Assembly: GCA_016699795.1 (NCBI GenBank)
Contig: CP065011.1
Coordinates: 482,474-546,473, forward strand
DNA from: Candidatus Moraniibacteriota bacterium
Lineage (GTDB): Bacteria; Patescibacteriota; Minisyncoccia; Moranbacterales; GCA-2747515
Reading direction: 5' to 3'
Length of the DNA stretch: 64,000 nt
The notes beneath the pieces are model-generated. The model searched no databases. It was not told the DNA's origin and saw only the letters and a list, made by a program, of their open reading frames with translations. A program made the translations under genes and the position numbers. Of the stretch, positions 21,475 through 29,287 are shown piece after piece. The stretch's first letter is position 1. Every line of letters starts with the position of its first letter.

Positions 21475-21825
21475 CTAGTTTTTCTCTCTTATTTGATCAG
21501 TATTTGAAATATTTAAATTTTGTTGTTCATCTTCTGATTTTACGTTTTTATCATCATATTGAGTTTCTAACTGCTGTAAGGTGTTATATTTCAATTCCTC
21601 TGTTTCTTTATATATTTCCTTACCTCCTTCCATTAATTCTTTTTGAGGCAAAATATTTTCCAAGTTTTTTAATTGAAAAATAATTTGCATTTTTTGACTT
21701 GTAGAAACAAGCCAAATAACAACAATAAAAAACATACTCACAGAGACATAGGCGAGAACATATCTTTTTCTTATATATTCAGGTTTTTCTTTAATATTTT
21801 GAATATGTTTTGTAATAAAAAACAT
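21475..21825 (-). CDS. small single-TM hypothetical protein
   Basis: 116-aa ORF whose stop abuts the gyrA start. One hydrophobic helix. No homology recognised. Confidence 0.3.
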   Translation of the reverse strand: MFFITKHIQNIKEKPEYIRKRYVLAYVSVSMFFIVVIWLVSTSQKMQIIFQLKNLENILPQKELMEGGKEIYKETEELKYNTLQQLETQYDDKNVKSEDEQQNLNISNTDQIREKN

Positions 21826-21853
21826 AGAAATTCATTCTCAAAAAAATAAAATT

Positions 21854-22507
21854 TTACAGAATTTGTGGTAATAATTCAACAATATCCATATTTCTATTAA
21901 CAAGATCTCTCGATTTTATTGTTAATTTAGGAAGAACTTCACAATCTTTGATTGCCATCTCAGAATAAAAAGCATCTTTTGTATTCTCTTCTCCGTATGA
22001 TTGTGGTATTCCATAATACATAGGAATTATTATTTTTGGCTCTATGGAGCGTATAAAATCCGTTGCTCTCTTAACATCCATAGCTTCTAATCCTCCTATG
22101 GGAATCATTAAAATATCACAATTATTCACTTGTGCATACACCTCTTTAGGAACATTACCACAGGTTCCTAAATGAACAATTTTTATATCCTCAACTTCTA
22201 TAAAATATCCTATTTTATCCCCCATGCAAACACCATCTCTATTTTCACAATCATATCCTATAATATTAACTCTGTGATGTGAATATTCTCCTGGTAAATG
22301 GATAGACATTGGCTTTCCTTTTATTTTAGATAAGGAAGATTTCTTTTTTGATGAAGTTAGAAATATAATATCTGCCTCTGTATATAAACCTTTCAAACCC
22401 GCTGTTTTTTCATCAGGATCAATAAAAAAGGTAAGTTCTTCAGCTAATCGACCCTCAGGTCGAGTTTGAATTTTAAAACTTGTACCGCCAAAATACTGAA
22501 TAATCAT
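21854..22507 (-). CDS. metallo-beta-lactamase-fold metal-dependent hydrolase (UPF0173-like)
   Basis: 217 aa. His/Asp-containing blocks (HLGTCGNVP, LMIPIGG) consistent with MBL fold. Assignment by overall pattern only. Confidence 0.5.
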   Translation of the reverse strand: MIIQYFGGTSFKIQTRPEGRLAEELTFFIDPDEKTAGLKGLYTEADIIFLTSSKKKSSLSKIKGKPMSIHLPGEYSHHRVNIIGYDCENRDGVCMGDKIGYFIEVEDIKIVHLGTCGNVPKEVYAQVNNCDILMIPIGGLEAMDVKRATDFIRSIEPKIIIPMYYGIPQSYGEENTKDAFYSEMAIKDCEVLPKLTIKSRDLVNRNMDIVELLPQIL

Positions 22508-22610
22508 AAAAAAGTCCTTAATTTACTTTTAAAGTATAAAAAAGTTAGCACATCTCACAATTTAAAGCAACTTACAAAAATATCTCTTTCACAATAAATT
22601 CTTTCTTTTG

Positions 22611-22840
22611 TCAATACTTATATTGTATTGTTCTATGTGGAACATTGTTTTGTATTTAAATTATTTATATTGCATTGTTCTATGTGGAACATTGTTTTGT
22701 ATTTAAATTATTTATATTGCATTGTTCTATGTGGAACATTGTTTTGTATTTAAATTATTTATATTGCATTGTTCTATGTGGAACATTGTTTTGTATTTAA
22801 ATTATTTATATTGCATTGTTCTATGTGGAACTCCTTTGTG
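22611..22840. repeat. 47-nt direct tandem repeat, ~5 copies, each with internal palindrome TGTTC-N6-GAACA
   Basis: Core TCTATGTGGAAC recurs at 22632, 22679, 22726, 22773 and 22820 (period exactly 47). Unit is ATTATTTATATTGCATTGTTCTATGTGGAACATTGTTTTGTATTTAA. First copy has 1 substitution and the last copy is truncated. Confidence 0.9.
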
Positions 22841-22890
22841 TTTTTTGGATACTTTATAAACACATTATCTTTAATTTGTCAATTATTAAA

Positions 22891-22919
22891 TTGACTTTTT
22901 GTTTTATATTCCATAGTAT
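22891..22919 (+). promoter_or_regulatory. putative sigma70-type promoter for the tRNA-Ala/tRNA-Arg genes
   Basis: TTGACT (22891-22896), 17-nt spacer, TAGTAT (22914-22919). Lies ~15 nt upstream of the tRNA-Ala 5' end. Confidence 0.35.
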
Positions 22920-22933
22920 ATATCTATGAGAAA

Positions 22934-23006
22934 GGGGATATAGCTTAGCTGGTAGAGCGCTTCCATGGCATGGAAGAGGTCGAGGGTTCGAGTCCCTCTA
23001 TCTCCA
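22934..23006 (+). tRNA. tRNA-Ala (anticodon GGC), CCA not encoded
   Basis: Acceptor GGGGATA/TATCTCC (one G-U). Anticodon stem CTTCC/GGAAG with loop ATGGCAT. T-arm GAGGG TTCGAGT CCCTC. Discriminator A. Confidence 0.85.
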
Positions 23007-23030
23007 CACCACACCAAAATCCAACAAAAA

Positions 23031-23102
23031 GCCCTTGTAGTTCAATGGATAGAACAGCACACTCCTAACGTGCTAATGTAGGTTCGATTCCTACCGAGGG
23101 CA
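23031..23102 (+). tRNA. tRNA-Arg (anticodon CCU), CCA not encoded
   Basis: Acceptor GCCCTTG/CGAGGGC. D-stem GTTC/GAAC. Anticodon loop CTCCTAA. T-arm GTAGG TTCGATT CCTAC. Confidence 0.8.
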
Positions 23103-23160
23103 CTCTCAATAATAATTCATCTTTACACGTTATTTTTTAGAATAAAACCTTTTAACCTTT

Positions 23161-23511
23161 ATGAGTTTACGACGAATTGAAAAAATAAACGAAGTTATAA
23201 ATCGAGAAGTTTCAGACATATTAAAACGTGATTTTTCCTTAGATTCAGAGATTTTCTGTACTATTATCAAAGTAGATACTTCACCAGATTTAAAACATTC
23301 AAAGGTGCATCTTAGTATATATCCAGAAAAAAGAGCCCCTTCTTTCTTAAAACGCTTAAGTAAACAAAAAGATAAAATTGAAAAAAAATTATTTTCTAAA
23401 CTCTGCATGAGAATAGTTCCGAAAATTGACTTTATTTATAATAAGACAGAACAAAAGGCCGATCATATTGAATATTTGCTAAAACGTATCCACGATGAAC
23501 AACAGTCCTGA
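23161..23511 (+). CDS. rbfA: ribosome-binding factor A
   Basis: 116 aa. MSLRRIEKINEVINREVSDILKRDF...TIIKVDTSPDLKHSKVHLS matches RbfA. Confidence 0.8.
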   Translation: MSLRRIEKINEVINREVSDILKRDFSLDSEIFCTIIKVDTSPDLKHSKVHLSIYPEKRAPSFLKRLSKQKDKIEKKLFSKLCMRIVPKIDFIYNKTEQKADHIEYLLKRIHDEQQS

Positions 23512-24532
23512 CTTACTGAAAACACCCTCGAGGATAAAGCCTTCTCTAGAACAACAAAAAAAGAAATTTCATAAAGAATTCCACACGTTCTATCACATTT
23601 TAAAAAATTCTAAAAATTTTCTTCTTGTTGCACACTCTTATCCTGACTTTGACACTTTAGGCTCAAATGTAGCTCTTTATAGATTTCTCAAACAGAATAA
23701 TAAAAAAGTAACCATTACTTGTACCCAAGAATTACCTTCGGAAATATCACATCTCTATCCTTCTATTTATCTAGAAAATCCAGAAAATCTCTCTCTTCAT
23801 TCCTATGATGTCATTATAGCCTGTGATTCGGTTGATAGGGGATTCTCAACTATTATTTATCCCCAGATAGACATAACGAAACAAATAACTGTTATTATCG
23901 ATCATCACCCCGATATCACAACACGTGCTGATGTAATGATTTTAGATCAATCCGCCTCTTCTGCTTGTGAATTATTAACAAAATTTTTTTATTCTCAAAA
24001 TATAGAAATTTCTTCTCTTATGGCAACGTCCTTACTTTCAGGAATATTGGGGGATACGGGAAATTTTCAACACACAAACACAACAAAACAAGTTCTTAAA
24101 ATAACATCACTTCTTTTAAATAAAGGAGCTCATCTAAAAAAAATTTCGTCTGGTATTTTTGCAAACAAAAAACTAAGCACACTCCAATTATGGGGAAAAG
24201 CTCTAGAAAATGCTAAAATAAACAAAGAAATTGGAGTTATTATTACAGGAATAACGCAAAAAGAAATAACTGATTGCCATGCTCATTCAGAAGAAATTTC
24301 TCAAGTTGCCAATATGCTTGCTACCGTTCCTGGTATTCATTTTTCTCTTGTATTAACTCAATACGATGCCTATACTGTAAAAGGAAGTCTTCGAGCAGAG
24401 CCTACTCATAACAATCCTATCGACCTTTCTCAACTCGCCCATAAATTAGGCGGGGGAGGACATGCGCTTGCTAGCGGATTTACGCTCAAAGGCCATCTTA
24501 TTCAAAGAAAAAATGATTGGATAATCCTCTAA
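23495..24532 (+). CDS. nrnA: DHH/DHHA1-family phosphoesterase (NrnA-like oligoribonuclease/pAp phosphatase)
   Basis: 345 aa. LLVAHSYPDFDTLGS and DHH-type motif IIDHHPD. C-terminal GGGH (DHHA1). Conserved position downstream of rbfA. Confidence 0.8.
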   Translation: MNNSPDLLKTPSRIKPSLEQQKKKFHKEFHTFYHILKNSKNFLLVAHSYPDFDTLGSNVALYRFLKQNNKKVTITCTQELPSEISHLYPSIYLENPENLSLHSYDVIIACDSVDRGFSTIIYPQIDITKQITVIIDHHPDITTRADVMILDQSASSACELLTKFFYSQNIEISSLMATSLLSGILGDTGNFQHTNTTKQVLKITSLLLNKGAHLKKISSGIFANKKLSTLQLWGKALENAKINKEIGVIITGITQKEITDCHAHSEEISQVANMLATVPGIHFSLVLTQYDAYTVKGSLRAEPTHNNPIDLSQLAHKLGGGGHALASGFTLKGHLIQRKNDWIIL

Positions 24533-24539
24533 TTGCTTT

Positions 24540-25103
24540 ATGGAAACTTTTGAAAAATTAGAAGGTCGTATTGTTAAATGCTATAAATGTTCTTTAGCAA
24601 CAACAGCAAAAAGAAAAGTTCCAGGATCAGGGAATAAAAAAGCTCATATCCTTTTTGTAGGGGAGGCTCCTGGAAAAAAAGAAGATGAAACAGGGGAGCC
24701 TTTTGTGGGAACGTCTGGAAAAATACTCAATGAACTCCTTGATTCCATATCCATAAGTCGTTCTGAAATCTTTATTGCTAATATTGTTAAATGTCGCCCT
24801 CCAAAAAATAGAGATCCTTCTCCTTCGGAGATTATTTTATGTAAACCATGGCTATTAAAGCAAATATCATTAATACAGCCAAAAGTTATCGTTACTCTTG
24901 GAAGACATTCTCTTAAAATATTTCTTGGAAATGATAAAAATATTTCAGAATGTCATGGAAAAAATCACACTATTTCTTTTTCTAAAGAAATAAAAGCTAT
25001 CACCATAATTCCACTGTATCATCCAGCTGCGACTATTTATAACAAAAAATTAAAAAAAGTACTCTTCGAAGATTTTCAGAAACTTCGAGAATTCCTTTCC
25101 TAG
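24540..25103 (+). CDS. uracil-DNA glycosylase, family 4
   Basis: 187 aa. KCYKCSLATTAKRKVPGSGNKKAHILFVGEAPGKKEDETGEPFVGTSGKIL (GEAPG and FVG.SG family-4 motifs with Fe-S cysteines). Confidence 0.8.
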   Translation: METFEKLEGRIVKCYKCSLATTAKRKVPGSGNKKAHILFVGEAPGKKEDETGEPFVGTSGKILNELLDSISISRSEIFIANIVKCRPPKNRDPSPSEIILCKPWLLKQISLIQPKVIVTLGRHSLKIFLGNDKNISECHGKNHTISFSKEIKAITIIPLYHPAATIYNKKLKKVLFEDFQKLREFLS

Positions 25104-25165
25104 CTTTATTCATTGACGACAACGACTCCTTTCTATACACTATCTATATAAGAGTGTGGGGAAAA

Positions 25166-25237
25166 GGTCGCGTGGCCGAGCGGTTTAGGCAAGGGTCTGC
25201 AAAACCCTCTACCCCGGTTCGATTCCGGGCGCGACCT
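25166..25237 (+). tRNA. tRNA-Cys (anticodon GCA), CCA not encoded
   Basis: Acceptor GGTCGCG/CGCGACC. Anticodon stem AGGGT/ACCCT with loop CTGCAAA. T-arm CCCGG TTCGATT CCGGG. Discriminator T. Confidence 0.85.
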
Positions 25238-25250
25238 CAGAAAAATTTTA

Positions 25251-25336
25251 GCCGCGGTGGTGGAATGGTAGACACGGAGGACTTAAAATCCTTTGAGATT
25301 TAAACCCTCATGCGAGTTCGAGTCTCGCCCGCGGTA
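25251..25336 (+). tRNA. tRNA-Leu (anticodon UAA), class II with long variable arm
   Basis: Acceptor GCCGCGG/CCGCGGT. D-arm GTG..CAC. Anticodon stem GAGGA/TCCTT with loop CTTAAAA. Long variable arm. T-arm GCGAG TTCGAGT CTCGC. Discriminator A. Confidence 0.85.
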
Positions 25337-25499
25337 CTTATAGTATAAATGGGAGGAAAAAATTTTATTACCAAAAAGAATTTATTTTCATTCTTGTAAA
25401 AAACTTTTTTCGTTAAAAACACAATACCTCCTTAAAATAATTTTAAGGAGGTATTTGCTCTCTTTTTTAATTTTCTCTTAATTTTCGAAAAAATATTTA

Positions 25500-26081
25500 T
25501 TATCGAATAACCTTTGCTTCAAGGTTTCTTCTCCCAAAAGCAATCGCTTCTTTTTTTGTTTCCATATAAATGTCAAATTTATTTCCTTTTATTGCTCCAC
25601 CACGATCTTCGCATGTATACATACCCATTCCATCTATAGAGATTTTCACTCCAAAAGGGTATTCTGGGGGACATGCTAAAGTTCTTTTTGGCTCAACCTT
25701 AACACCAGACGCTGTTATACCATCCGATTTTCCACATTCATCAGCTGATGCAGTATAAGCGCTAGCATTTATAACAAAATTTTCTTCCGAAAGATTTTTC
25801 CAACGATTCTCTTGTTTTTTTCTCCAAAGAGACATTTTTCTTTCGTATTCCAGATCAACTAATTGTTCTTCGGAATAAGGAATAATTCCTTCGTATACGG
25901 GCATATTTGGATTCTGCGTTCGATCAAAATTATAAAAATAAAGCAAATCTTTTTCTCTCAAATCTCCGCTTTCTGTTTCTGCTATTGCATAGAGAGGGGT
26001 AAAAAGAAACAATGAGAATAAAAATAAACTAGAACCAAAGAAATATTTCATTCTTAGAACAGAATTACAATATAAAGTCAT
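25500..26081 (-). CDS. secreted 3D-domain protein (MltA/Rpf-associated fold)
   Basis: 193 aa. Signal peptide. C-terminal ...ASAYTASADECGKSDGITASGVKVEPKRTLACPPEYPFGVKISIDGMGMYTCEDRGGAIKGNKFDIYMETKKEA matches the 3D domain (three conserved Asp). Confidence 0.65.
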   Translation of the reverse strand: MTLYCNSVLRMKYFFGSSLFLFSLFLFTPLYAIAETESGDLREKDLLYFYNFDRTQNPNMPVYEGIIPYSEEQLVDLEYERKMSLWRKKQENRWKNLSEENFVINASAYTASADECGKSDGITASGVKVEPKRTLACPPEYPFGVKISIDGMGMYTCEDRGGAIKGNKFDIYMETKKEAIAFGRRNLEAKVIR

Positions 26082-26393
26082 AAAATAACTTTATAATATT
26101 AGACTTTGTATTCTATAAAAAAATACAACGTGTCAAAAAATTGACTCACTACATTAACACTTTTTTATAATTTTGTCAATACTTCGGTGATGATTTTTCT
26201 GCTTTAAAAATGTTTCCTCATTATCATAGTTCGTTATTATATCTATCCTTCTTACTCCTTTTTTTCTCTTAAAATATATTTTTAAAAGAATTTTTTCATC
26301 ACAAAAAAAGATACTTTCCTTCAACAAAACACACTATTTTCCTTTCATTGATATTTTAAAAAGTCTTCGTCTCTTTTTTATAACCAAAAAATA

Positions 26394-26421
26394 AAAAATC
26401 CGTTTTTATACGGATTTTTTA
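26394..26421 (-). terminator. rho-independent terminator downstream of rpsA
   Basis: AAAAAATCCGTTTTTATACGGATTTTTT hairpin flanked by A/T runs (symmetric, could act on both strands). Confidence 0.5.
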
Positions 26422-26447
26422 TTCTATAAAAGCTTTTTCTCTGGTAT

Positions 26448-27614
26448 TTACTTTTTAAGAAGCATTAGTCCCATACGATGATCTTTTGATTCTATAGAAA
26501 GAATTTTCCAACGATACGTATTTCCTAAAACAAGAACTTCTTCCATCATCTTTCCCTGATATACATCTTTAAATTCACTAATATGAGCAAGTCCGTGAAT
26601 ATTTTGATCAAGATAAACGAAAGCACCAAAAGGATTTATCTTATCAACTTTACCTTCTACTTCATCCCCAACCTTATATTTAGTCTCTACATCTTCCCAA
26701 GGATCTTTTTTAAGAGCCTTAAGTGAGAGTGAGATTCTAGATTCTTCTATACCAATAATCTTTGCTTTTACCCTATCACCCGCTTTTACTATTTCTCGAG
26801 GATTATCGATTAATTGCCAAGCTAATTCTGAAATATGAACCAATCCTTCTAGTCTACTATCTCCAATTTGCTTTGATTCATCTACTTCGGAAGGATAAAA
26901 TTTAACAAAAGCTCCAAAATCAACAACACCACTCACCTCACCTTCAACAACATCTCCTTTCTTCAAACTAGAGATCATAGTCATTTCTTTCTCACTCTGA
27001 GCAGCTTTTTCACTTACAATAAGTTTTTCTGATTGTCTATCCCAATCAATAACACGAATCATTAATTCTTTTCCAATTAATCTGCGTAACATTTCCAAAA
27101 TTTTTGCTTTATCTCCATCATCAACTCGAGGATAATGTTCTCCTGACAATTGAGAAACTGGTAAAAATCCTGTAACTCCATTTACTTCAACAAGTAAACC
27201 TCCTTTATTTGCATCAAGAATCCTTGTTGGAACAGATGCTTTTTCTTTTGCTTTCTCTTCAATATCTTCCCATGCTCGTTCATAAGATGCCTGACGAACA
27301 GAAAGTTCTATATACCCATCTTCATTATCTAAATCTACAACCATTGCTTTTATAGGGTCTCCTATTTTGAGAGCATTAACAATTCCCATGCCGTCACGCA
27401 TTTCAACACCATAAACAATACCAATACCTAAAACGCCTAAATCTAACAAAAGAGCACTTGATTCTTTTTCGATAACACGTCCTTCTACGATATCACCCAC
27501 TAATGGAACATGAATTCCATTATTTTCAAGCATAGTTGTGAAAACATTCTCACTTTCTGAAGAACTTTCATTCTCCTTTACTTTTTTTTGGAAGATAAAT
27601 TTTGGTATACTCAT
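26448..27614 (-). CDS. rpsA: 30S ribosomal protein S1 (four S1 domains)
   Basis: 388 aa. Repeated S1 OB-fold modules (e.g. GDIVEGRVIEKESSALLLDLGV..., GDVVEGEVSGVVDFGAFVKF..., GDEVEGKVDKINPFGAFVYL...). Confidence 0.8.
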   Translation of the reverse strand: MSIPKFIFQKKVKENESSSESENVFTTMLENNGIHVPLVGDIVEGRVIEKESSALLLDLGVLGIGIVYGVEMRDGMGIVNALKIGDPIKAMVVDLDNEDGYIELSVRQASYERAWEDIEEKAKEKASVPTRILDANKGGLLVEVNGVTGFLPVSQLSGEHYPRVDDGDKAKILEMLRRLIGKELMIRVIDWDRQSEKLIVSEKAAQSEKEMTMISSLKKGDVVEGEVSGVVDFGAFVKFYPSEVDESKQIGDSRLEGLVHISELAWQLIDNPREIVKAGDRVKAKIIGIEESRISLSLKALKKDPWEDVETKYKVGDEVEGKVDKINPFGAFVYLDQNIHGLAHISEFKDVYQGKMMEEVLVLGNTYRWKILSIESKDHRMGLMLLKK

Positions 27615-27745
27615 AAGTATTTATTCAAAACATGTGAGGTCAAGATCCCACAAAACATTAATAAATTATTTACTTGACTACTTCTCTAGCCGGTATAAAG
27701 TACAGCATTTTTTTTCTTTTGGCAAGGGGTTATTCCTTCAAGGGG

Positions 27746-27773
27746 TTGACAAAAAAAATGAAGCTCGTATAAT
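27746..27773 (+). promoter_or_regulatory. near-consensus sigma70 promoter (TTGACA-16nt-TATAAT) upstream of the LysM-CHAP gene
   Basis: TTGACA at 27746-27751 and TATAAT at 27768-27773. ~150-nt leader before the ATG at 27924 contains palindrome CATTACTTCAAGTAATG (27821-27837). Confidence 0.5.
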
Positions 27774-27923
27774 TTTGTACGATATTTAATTCTTAAGGTT
27801 TCGTGATAATGATCATCCCTCATTACTTCAAGTAATGACTTCTGATCTCTAGTCTGAAACCATACAGAAGGAACGTGACGTATTCGTACGTACACACAAC
27901 AACAGCAACCAACTCATTTTGAT

Positions 27924-29075
27924 ATGGTTAGTTGCACAAATAGTAAAGATAGTCATCTTTTATCTAATGGTCGGCATAGATCCCGACTCTTCCATTTATT
28001 ACAAAGAGCTCGAAAAACTCGTAAGTATTCAGCTATAGCGGTTGTTTTAATGAGTGTTTTTCTTGTTTCTACTAATAATATTTCTACTCGTTATAAAACG
28101 AAAGATCAATTAGAAAAAGAAGTTTTTACGCATTCTTTTAAGACAAATACTATTGAAGAGAAAACTTCAAGAAATACCATTGCTGCTTTGCCTTATATTC
28201 AAACAAACAACACAACAACTTCACAACTAGAACAAAAACAGGAAATCTCCATTCTTCCACCTGATGCAAAAACTCAATCTGCTTTTTCTTATTTTTCAGC
28301 ACAATCCTTTGTAGCTACTGTTAATGCTATGGAAAAAGATCCTGAAATAGACGGTGGTATGACTCTTTATGTAGTACAAGAAGGGGATACGGCGAGTTCG
28401 ATAGCCTCAAAACATAATATAAACATCAACACACTCTACTGGGCAAACAATATTGAAAATATTGATGAGATTATGCCAGGAGACACCCTCTTCATCCTTC
28501 CTGTTTCTGGACTAAAATATAGTATTAAAAATGAAGACACTCTCAAAAGTCTTGCGGATAAATACGAAGTTAGTGAAGATCAAATCATAGCCTTTAATGA
28601 ACTTCCAGCAAATGGACAATTAAAAGAAGGTGATGAAATTATTATTCCGGGAGCAAAAAAGGATATTCCTGAACTGGAACAAGAAGAAGTATCACCAAAC
28701 ACAAATCTTTTTGCACCGAGGCAGTATACTGGATCTAACGGAAAAAATGTTGAGAACAGACATGGTAAACCCAACACTTTTCCTTATGGTTATTGTACGT
28801 GGTATGTAGCTCAACAAAAACACGTTCCTTGGCGAGGAAATGCTGGAACGTGGCTTTATAACGCCAAAGCCTCAGGATATGCAACAGGAAGTAAACCAAA
28901 AACAGGATCTATCGTTGTTACTACTGATAATACTTATTATGGCCATGTTGCTGTAGTAACGAAAGTATCGGAAGATTCTATTACTGTAAAAGAAATGAAT
29001 TATAAAGGATGGGGAGTTGTTAATACTCGAGATATTAGTATCAAAGATCGACGTATTAAAGGGTATATCTATTAG
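27924..29075 (+). CDS. membrane-anchored peptidoglycan hydrolase: 2x LysM + CHAP domain
   Basis: 383 aa. N-terminal TM. Two LysM repeats (YVVQEGDTASSIASKHNINTLYWANNI... and YSIKNEDTLKSLADKYEVSEDQIIAFNEL...). C-terminal CHAP-like domain with candidate catalytic Cys (YGYCTWYVAQ) and His (YYGHVAVVT). Confidence 0.75.
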   Translation: MVSCTNSKDSHLLSNGRHRSRLFHLLQRARKTRKYSAIAVVLMSVFLVSTNNISTRYKTKDQLEKEVFTHSFKTNTIEEKTSRNTIAALPYIQTNNTTTSQLEQKQEISILPPDAKTQSAFSYFSAQSFVATVNAMEKDPEIDGGMTLYVVQEGDTASSIASKHNININTLYWANNIENIDEIMPGDTLFILPVSGLKYSIKNEDTLKSLADKYEVSEDQIIAFNELPANGQLKEGDEIIIPGAKKDIPELEQEEVSPNTNLFAPRQYTGSNGKNVENRHGKPNTFPYGYCTWYVAQQKHVPWRGNAGTWLYNAKASGYATGSKPKTGSIVVTTDNTYYGHVAVVTKVSEDSITVKEMNYKGWGVVNTRDISIKDRRIKGYIY

Positions 29076-29287
29076 AAATTCTTTTTTAAAATAGGAATCA
29101 CACTCTTTAAAATACAGTATTGTGAAAAATAAATAGCATGATAAATCCTACATTTTTTAGTATTTTTTCTTTTAAAATAGGGGGGAATATTCTATTTCTT
29201 TCCAGGGTATGCACAAATTTTTGTTTTCATGATATTATAAAAATATAATAAAAAGATACTTTAGTGTAAGAATGTTTTCATTTTCTT

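Noticed and set aside
22611-22840. Possible CRISPR array
   Set aside because: Units are contiguous 47-mers with no unique spacers between them. This is a simple tandem repeat. No cas genes nearby.
27774-27923. c-di-AMP (ydaO) riboswitch upstream of the LysM-CHAP hydrolase
   Set aside because: Leader is AT-rich and lacks the conserved ACGGGGA / CCCGAA-type elements and pseudo-twofold GC-rich helices.
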